A stretch of 64,000 bases of DNA from assembly GCA_965215015.1 (NCBI GenBank), contig OZ244042.1, positions 4,832,001 to 4,896,000 of the forward strand, in the 5' to 3' direction. The notes under the pieces were generated by a model. That model was not told the origin of the DNA and did no database searches. It saw only the letters and a list, made by a program, of their open reading frames with translations. The position numbers were made by a program, and so were the translations under genes. Within the stretch, counting starts at the first letter, position 1, and every line of letters begins with the position of its first letter. Source of the DNA: Candidatus Poribacteria bacterium. GTDB taxonomy: Bacteria; Poribacteria; WGA-4E; PCPOR2b. Shown here in pieces: positions 58,715 to 64,000 of the stretch.

Positions 58715-58783
58715 GATATATAATCTTTTTCAGGTTTCAAGCGTAGAAATTCACCGCCGACCATGCCTTATCATACCCGTTGC

Positions 58784-59257
58784 TCACGGACTCACTTGCA
58801 TATTTACGTGCCGTTGCGGGATTTCAATTCTTTGCCCGGGGCGAATGAGATTTGGGTCTTTCAATTTGTTATGGGCTAGCAAAGTGTACAGGCCAATATT
58901 GTGTATTCTTGAAATTTTCCAGAGGGTATCCCCTTTGTGCACATAGTAGACCTTCACTGAACCCGCGGAAGTATTCTCAGGAGATAAGGAAAATTGCGGC
59001 AGTTTACCGGATTTCTCGGTCGTCGCCTCGCTGGATTGATCTTCGTATGATATCACTTCAATTTCTTCCTCACCAGCAGTAACAGCATCCGGTCCCAATA
59101 ACTCTGTGATGTCTATTTGTGTAAGTTCTAGTGGTGTGAGTTCTTCTAGCTGGGTTTTTGCGGTCGCTGCATTATCACGTAATTTAGCCAATAATACTAT
59201 ATTTAACACAAAAATAATAGAGGTCCATATTAACAACTGTTTACGAGCGTACATCAA
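58784..59257 (-). CDS. Membrane-anchored LysM peptidoglycan-binding protein
   Basis: N-terminal TM; Y.V.KGDTLWKIS...N.L.DPNLIRPGQ.I.IP. Confidence 0.88.
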   Translation of the reverse strand: MMYARKQLLIWTSIIFVLNIVLLAKLRDNAATAKTQLEELTPLELTQIDITELLGPDAVTAGEEEIEVISYEDQSSEATTEKSGKLPQFSLSPENTSAGSVKVYYVHKGDTLWKISRIHNIGLYTLLAHNKLKDPNLIRPGQRIEIPQRHVNMQVSP

Positions 59258-59344
59258 ATCCTCCGTTGAGCGAATAGGGTATTGGATTCAAGTTGAATAA
59301 CGTCAACAACTACACAATAGATTCATAAAATTTATCGAATCTTG

Positions 59345-59445
59345 CTGACAAGCCCCATGCCTTTAGGGTGGGAATGTGGTCAGTCGAAGTGCGTTGAGAT
59401 ATAAAATTAAGAAATCCCCATCATTTAGGGTGGGAAAGGGTCAAA
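59345..59445 (+). mobile_element. Two tandem IS200/IS605-like end remnants
   Basis: aagccccatgcctttagggtggga...gtcag and aaatccccatcatttagggtggga...gtcaa. Confidence 0.5.
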
Positions 59446-59453
59446 CATCGGAT

Positions 59454-60632
59454 TCACCTCATTTGATTCAACAATTCTACCGCCGCATCGGCGATTTGTT
59501 CACCGCAGCCGGGTTGAAAACGGGAAGAGTTGGCCTCATACCCGCCCTGTTTGTAGGCAATCTCGACAGGAATATAGCCGATACTTCCGTTGGTCATGCT
59601 CATGACGAACAGATTGTCCCGTTGCGCTCGATCCACAATGTCAAAGCCAATCTCGACGAAAATCTCCCCCGGCAATCCAATAAAATAAATAGATCCAACC
59701 GCGACACATTGCAGATCTATCTCCTCGGTTATTTTCCCATCAATCACTTCTTTCAGTTGCAATGAATGTTTTTGGTGCATCACCCGAACCTTTGCTCTAT
59801 CCGAGGTCTTGACCCATTGCAGTACCTTTATCGCCTCGCCCCCGATAGTTCTACCAATCATACGGGGGTATCTACCTTCACGCTGGATGGGGACGATATT
59901 GCCCGCACAGCCCAATCCGAACAAGCAGGTGCCCCCTTCTCCCTTTTCGACCATCTCCATTGCATACCCCGGATAATCCGCACTGATTGTGTACATCCGA
60001 TCTGTTGTAGTTACAGGGTGACAAGCGAAGTGGATAAGAGAAGCCGCTAGTGCCCCCGTTATACTTTCAACGCGGAGGACCCTCACTGTCGAATCGTAGG
60101 TGCCCAACGTCAAATCTGAATTGGGGTCAGGCAGACGAAAGCTGGTTTGTGCGCTCCCATCTGGACGAATTGTGTGCCGATTATAGCTGACCTGATCCGC
60201 GATGCCCTGACCGGCTCCAACCCGTGCGGGCTGGAGCCGCTGTTGAGCGAGTTGCGTTACTGTCGTTAGCTGCTGCACAAGCATATCAACATAGACGCGA
60301 TTCTTTGGATTATCGGGGGAGGTAGCGCGCGATGCACGGACTTCGGGACCAAAGTGCGTGTGGGAGCAGCTAACCATCACATTACTAGCCGGAATCCCTG
60401 TCCCCGCCTCAATTGTCTGGCGAACATGATCAACAAATATCGCCTCCACCCCAATCAAATCCGTGGTGATAATGACAACCTGTGTGTCTCCATCGTCAAA
60501 TACGAGGGCTTTCGCATAAAGTGCATCAGCGATAGTCTCGCTGCCACGATCTCGCCCCGAGTATCCTGCCATGTTGCAGCCGATCGGCGGTGTGATGTCG
60601 ATCTTCGCAGCACCAACTTTTAAGTTTCCCAT
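59454..60632 (-). CDS. Neutral/alkaline ceramidase-like hydrolase
   Basis: G.AKIDITP, SHTHFGP, FACHP, SADYPG, PGE.F, GYIP...GGYE. Confidence 0.8.
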   Translation of the reverse strand: MGNLKVGAAKIDITPPIGCNMAGYSGRDRGSETIADALYAKALVFDDGDTQVVIITTDLIGVEAIFVDHVRQTIEAGTGIPASNVMVSCSHTHFGPEVRASRATSPDNPKNRVYVDMLVQQLTTVTQLAQQRLQPARVGAGQGIADQVSYNRHTIRPDGSAQTSFRLPDPNSDLTLGTYDSTVRVLRVESITGALAASLIHFACHPVTTTDRMYTISADYPGYAMEMVEKGEGGTCLFGLGCAGNIVPIQREGRYPRMIGRTIGGEAIKVLQWVKTSDRAKVRVMHQKHSLQLKEVIDGKITEEIDLQCVAVGSIYFIGLPGEIFVEIGFDIVDRAQRDNLFVMSMTNGSIGYIPVEIAYKQGGYEANSSRFQPGCGEQIADAAVELLNQMR

Positions 60633-60634
60633 AT

Positions 60635-61264
60635 TTAATCCTCGTCTGCCACCGCAATTTTAATCAGAGCACCGCTCACAATCAAGAAGGCAAGTGCACG
60701 CAAGACGACATGGAGTTGAATACCGGCCCCAGGGATCCACCGCCCGATTGGGAATGCGAGAGCAGCAATCAAGAAAATGTATCCTGCCAACCGATTCCTG
60801 CCGCCAATGAGCGAGAGACCGTAACATAGAGCGGTGAGCGTGGCAAAGAATGTTCCGGTGAGCAGCAGTGCCTCCGCAAACTCTCCCGATACCTGGTAAA
60901 TTGCCATTGCATGGGTTGGGTGATCTGCGTGCAACTCACCCAAGGTGCGAAGCGGCGCAGTTTGAGAGAGATGCCCAACCATCTCTATGACCACCCACAT
61001 TACCGCAAAACCGAGCCCAAGGTAACTGCGCGCCGTCACGGCGGGCTTGAGCCATACAAATAACGCAATGACCGTCGGCACAATCAGGATGAGACTTACA
61101 ACACTTAATCCGTGTGTCACCCCCAATAATTTCAACTCCGGTGTCCCCAAAGCAGCAGCCTGGAGACGCATCACGATTAAGTAACTCGACACAAGCATCA
61201 ACACGCCGCTCAGAAAACCCGCGGCACCTCCAATTAGATACAGTTCAACAGGTTTATTGTTCAT
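60635..61264 (-). CDS. Multi-pass membrane protein
   Basis: About six hydrophobic helices; RBS aaggagg. Confidence 0.7.
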   Translation of the reverse strand: MNNKPVELYLIGGAAGFLSGVLMLVSSYLIVMRLQAAALGTPELKLLGVTHGLSVVSLILIVPTVIALFVWLKPAVTARSYLGLGFAVMWVVIEMVGHLSQTAPLRTLGELHADHPTHAMAIYQVSGEFAEALLLTGTFFATLTALCYGLSLIGGRNRLAGYIFLIAALAFPIGRWIPGAGIQLHVVLRALAFLIVSGALIKIAVADED

Positions 61265-61588
61265 GGGAAGCCCTCCTTGTATCAGATTAGGTTTCGCTGT
61301 ATAACCCCCATTATCTGATCAGATGGGGGAGATTAGAATGGGTGAGTCAACTTCAACTATTGTAATACAAGTTTCATAAAGTAGTAGGCATACTCCGTAT
61401 GCCATAACTATTAGCTATACAACGGTACAATGGAGCTTACCTACCGTGATTGCACCAATGAACTCATAATGAACTTCTTACGCATTAGGTTTCACGATTC
61501 AGACAGGCACCGGACAATAGGTAGCAACCCGTGCTAAATTATATTTCCCTAAAATTGTTTAGGACGAACCGTCCAGTCCGGGAATCGC

Positions 61589-61774
61589 TCATGTCGAACC
61601 TGTGTCACAGGCCGCGGCTTTCCCATTGCCGATCGATGCAAAGCTGGAAAAAACCTTTATCAGCTTTTCCGCACCACAATCGGGACATACGAGTTCACTG
61701 TTATCCGCATTGATGGATTGTAATATCTCAAATTTGGATTGACATGTCTTGCATTGATACTCATAAATTGGCAT
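61589..61774 (-). CDS. FmdB-family zinc-ribbon protein
   Basis: MPIYEYQCKTC...CPDCG. Confidence 0.88.
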   Translation of the reverse strand: MPIYEYQCKTCQSKFEILQSINADNSELVCPDCGAEKLIKVFSSFASIGNGKAAACDTGST

Positions 61775-61814
61775 TGTCTTTTCTCCGAATGGATTGGGTT
61801 TATGGGTTTAAATG

Positions 61815-63602
61815 TCAATTCATTGTTTCTGCCAACGCTTTTGCCTGCTCAACCTTTTCACGGATTAAATCGCAGCCCCCCTGCCAGAAGGTAGGCGAAG
61901 CGATGTCAATTCCCATGTCAGCAACCAATTGGTGCGGCGTGGCAGAGCAACCCGCGCTCAACAGATCGAAATAGCGCGGCACAAACGATTTGCCGTCACG
62001 TTGATACTGTGCATAGAGTGAAAGCACCAACAATTCGCCGAAAGCATAAGCATAGACGTAAAATGGCAGCTGGAAAACGTGCGGGATATAGAGCCACCAC
62101 CACTGATGGTCTTCACCCAACGATAGCGAGTCTCCAAACATCTCCTGCATCACCCGCTGCCAGAGTTCACAGTAGGCTTCTGTGGTTTGTTCACCCTTTT
62201 CGCGGCGCAGACGGTGTGCTTCCTGCTCAAAACGGTACATGGCGATTTGGCGAAACACGGTAGCAAAGATGTCTTCGATTTTGCCACACAGCAGTGCCAA
62301 GCGTTCCTCCGACGATTCTAACGTAGACTGCAACTGGTCAAATACCAACATCTCTCCGAAGGTGCTCGCTGTCTCCGCTAGTGGCAAGACTGGGTGATAG
62401 TTGAGCAAGCTCTGCTTACTAGCGAGTACATCGTGAATACCGTGTCCCAACTCATGTGCCAGAGTCATCACGTCACGCGGCTTGCCGGTGTAGTTCATGA
62501 AAACATAGGGATGCAAGTCAGGCGTGACTCCCGCGCAATAGGCACCGCCCCGTTTGCCCGCACGGAGTTCAGCGTCAATCCAGCGTTTACTAAAGAACGG
62601 TTCTGTTATTTCCGCTAACTCTGGTGAAAACCTGCCAAAAGCAGCCATCACCATGCCTTGTGCTTCATCGAACGGGATATTACCGCGGTCCCCAAGCAGC
62701 GGGGCATATCGGTCATAGTGAGTCAACTCTTTTAACCCCAACAACTGCCGCTTGAGGTGATAATAATCGGCGGCGATATGGTAGTTATCCGCGCATACAT
62801 CCGACACGGTGTTGACCACTGCTTCCTCCACTTCATTGTCGAGATGCCGTGCTGCTTCGGGCGACGAGTGCCCTCGCAAGCCGTCCAGAATCTGCTTTTC
62901 GTGGAGGAGTGTATTGAAGATGAAGGTCAACACATGCGCGTCCTGCTTGAGCGTATCTGTCAAGGCGGTAGCGGCGGCTTGACGCGTTTCGCGATCGGGG
63001 TTATAAAAATGCACCAACAACTCGCTTTGAGTCAGTTCTTCATCGCCCATCCGAAAGGTTTGGCGTGACGTGATTTCAGTAAACAGTCGTCCAAAAGCGC
63101 GCCCCCTTGTATTCGCTGTCTCCTCCAAAATCTTCTCTTCTGCTTCGCTCAAATGGTGCGCTGCCAATGCCCGTTCATGTTCGAGATAATGTCGGTAAGG
63201 TGCGAGTTGCGGGGCCTCAATGATGCTGTCAAAAGTGTCTTGTGGAATCTGGCCGATTTCGAGGTCGAAGAAAATCAAGTGAGTTGCCGCTGCTGAACCA
63301 ATCTCACGCGTTCTCTGTAACAACGCCCCCCGTCGGGCGTCCGCGGTGTCAGTCGAAAATAGCAGATTCGCATAAGACCCCGGCTTGTACTGTGCCGCCA
63401 TCAAGACTTCATAATCGCTAAGTGCGCTGCATAACAGATCCGCGGTTACATCTGCTGAGGCGATGCGTTCTTTATACTTCTCCTCAAACTTTGCCGCTTG
63501 ATCGACCATCGAATTTAAGTCGGTATCTAACCGCGAATCATCAATACCATCGTACAGATCCGACAAATCCCATGTCGGTAAACCGTTTGTATTTTCACTA
63601 CT
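61815..63602 (-). CDS. M3B oligoendopeptidase F family, exon 2 (start presumably upstream of the intron)
   Basis: LPTWDLSDLY N-terminal motif, KRGGAYC, TLAHELGHGIH, AETAS.F.E, FYVYAYAFG. The frame runs to the intron boundary at 63602 with no start codon before WDL. Confidence 0.88.
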   Translation of the reverse strand, partial: SSENTNGLPTWDLSDLYDGIDDSRLDTDLNSMVDQAAKFEEKYKERIASADVTADLLCSALSDYEVLMAAQYKPGSYANLLFSTDTADARRGALLQRTREIGSAAATHLIFFDLEIGQIPQDTFDSIIEAPQLAPYRHYLEHERALAAHHLSEAEEKILEETANTRGRAFGRLFTEITSRQTFRMGDEELTQSELLVHFYNPDRETRQAAATALTDTLKQDAHVLTFIFNTLLHEKQILDGLRGHSSPEAARHLDNEVEEAVVNTVSDVCADNYHIAADYYHLKRQLLGLKELTHYDRYAPLLGDRGNIPFDEAQGMVMAAFGRFSPELAEITEPFFSKRWIDAELRAGKRGGAYCAGVTPDLHPYVFMNYTGKPRDVMTLAHELGHGIHDVLASKQSLLNYHPVLPLAETASTFGEMLVFDQLQSTLESSEERLALLCGKIEDIFATVFRQIAMYRFEQEAHRLRREKGEQTTEAYCELWQRVMQEMFGDSLSLGEDHQWWWLYIPHVFQLPFYVYAYAFGELLVLSLYAQYQRDGKSFVPRYFDLLSAGCSATPHQLVADMGIDIASPTFWQGGCDLIREKVEQAKALAETMN

Positions 63603-64000
63603 GTAAGTATAGGTAGATTCCTCACGGAATTTTCCCTACTTCCAAACCGTGCGTGCGACTTTCACCGCACACGGCTTTCACCGTCAGTATACTGATTATC
63701 ATTGTAAACAGGTAAAGAGTTCGTAGGCAGACTAAGCTCTGGCAAATACCCTCAATGATAATCTCTGCCCTGCTTGCTTTTGATTCATGTCAACTAATAG
63801 GAAGGAGTTGTCATGGCAAAATATGGTTGACGCGCATCTGTCCTTAATTGCTTATGAATCAATTTCTGCATTCTGACTTGGACATGCTTGGGGATAATAC
63901 CCTACCTGTCCGCCTCTCCCGTATCTTCTCATGGGAATGAGATGACTTAGGGACTATCTTGTTCTCGCAATATGCACTTCACGAATGATTTAGGTGCTGA
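63603..64000 (-). ncRNA. Group II intron (IIB-like), 3' part; continues beyond the window
   Basis: Minus strand DV: AGC triad, CGTGT GCGGT-GAAA-GTCGC, AC bulge, GCACGGTT. DVI with GTGA tetraloop and bulged A 8 nt from the terminal AC. Confidence 0.9.

Noticed and set aside
63564-63566. TTG start for the oligoendopeptidase
   Set aside because: It falls inside the conserved WDLSDLY motif, and the frame extends upstream to the intron 3' splice site.
1-64000. Numerous short antisense or overlapping ORFs in the track; tRNA/rRNA genes
   Set aside because: The short ORFs shadow well-supported genes. No tRNA or rRNA signature was seen by eye, and no covariance search was run.

Overview
Bacterial chromosomal window, probably Candidatus Poribacteria or a similar lineage. 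That call is an inference from the many sugar-phosphate isomerase, PhyH and SDR genes, a secreted protein ending AVEPKGKLAMTWGALK, and dense palindromic intergenic repeats. Housekeeping blocks are priA-UDG-PGI/PMI, rpsB-tsf-frr-cdsA-dxr-rseP (without pyrH and uppS), lpdA, two RluA-family genes, an S41 protease, lpxB-Nudix-lpxK and an M3B oligoendopeptidase. These alternate with carbohydrate-catabolism genes and accessory islets. The islets hold three DNA methyltransferase genes with no adjacent restriction gene (one decayed and bracketed by long inverted repeats), a UvrD-nuclease, a ~1730-aa PPC-repeat secreted protein, an intact IS4-family element plus a deletion derivative, an IS701 remnant, MITEs and REP-like hairpins. 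Two features stand out. (1) The 3' half of an apparently ORF-less group IIB intron has its 3' splice site in frame at the very start of the oligoendopeptidase gene, so the full-length protein would need splicing. (2) A mosaic array of four variant copies of a small membrane/coiled-coil gene is interleaved with a diverged duplicate of the methyltransferase 3' end. All calls come from reading motifs by eye; no database searches were run.
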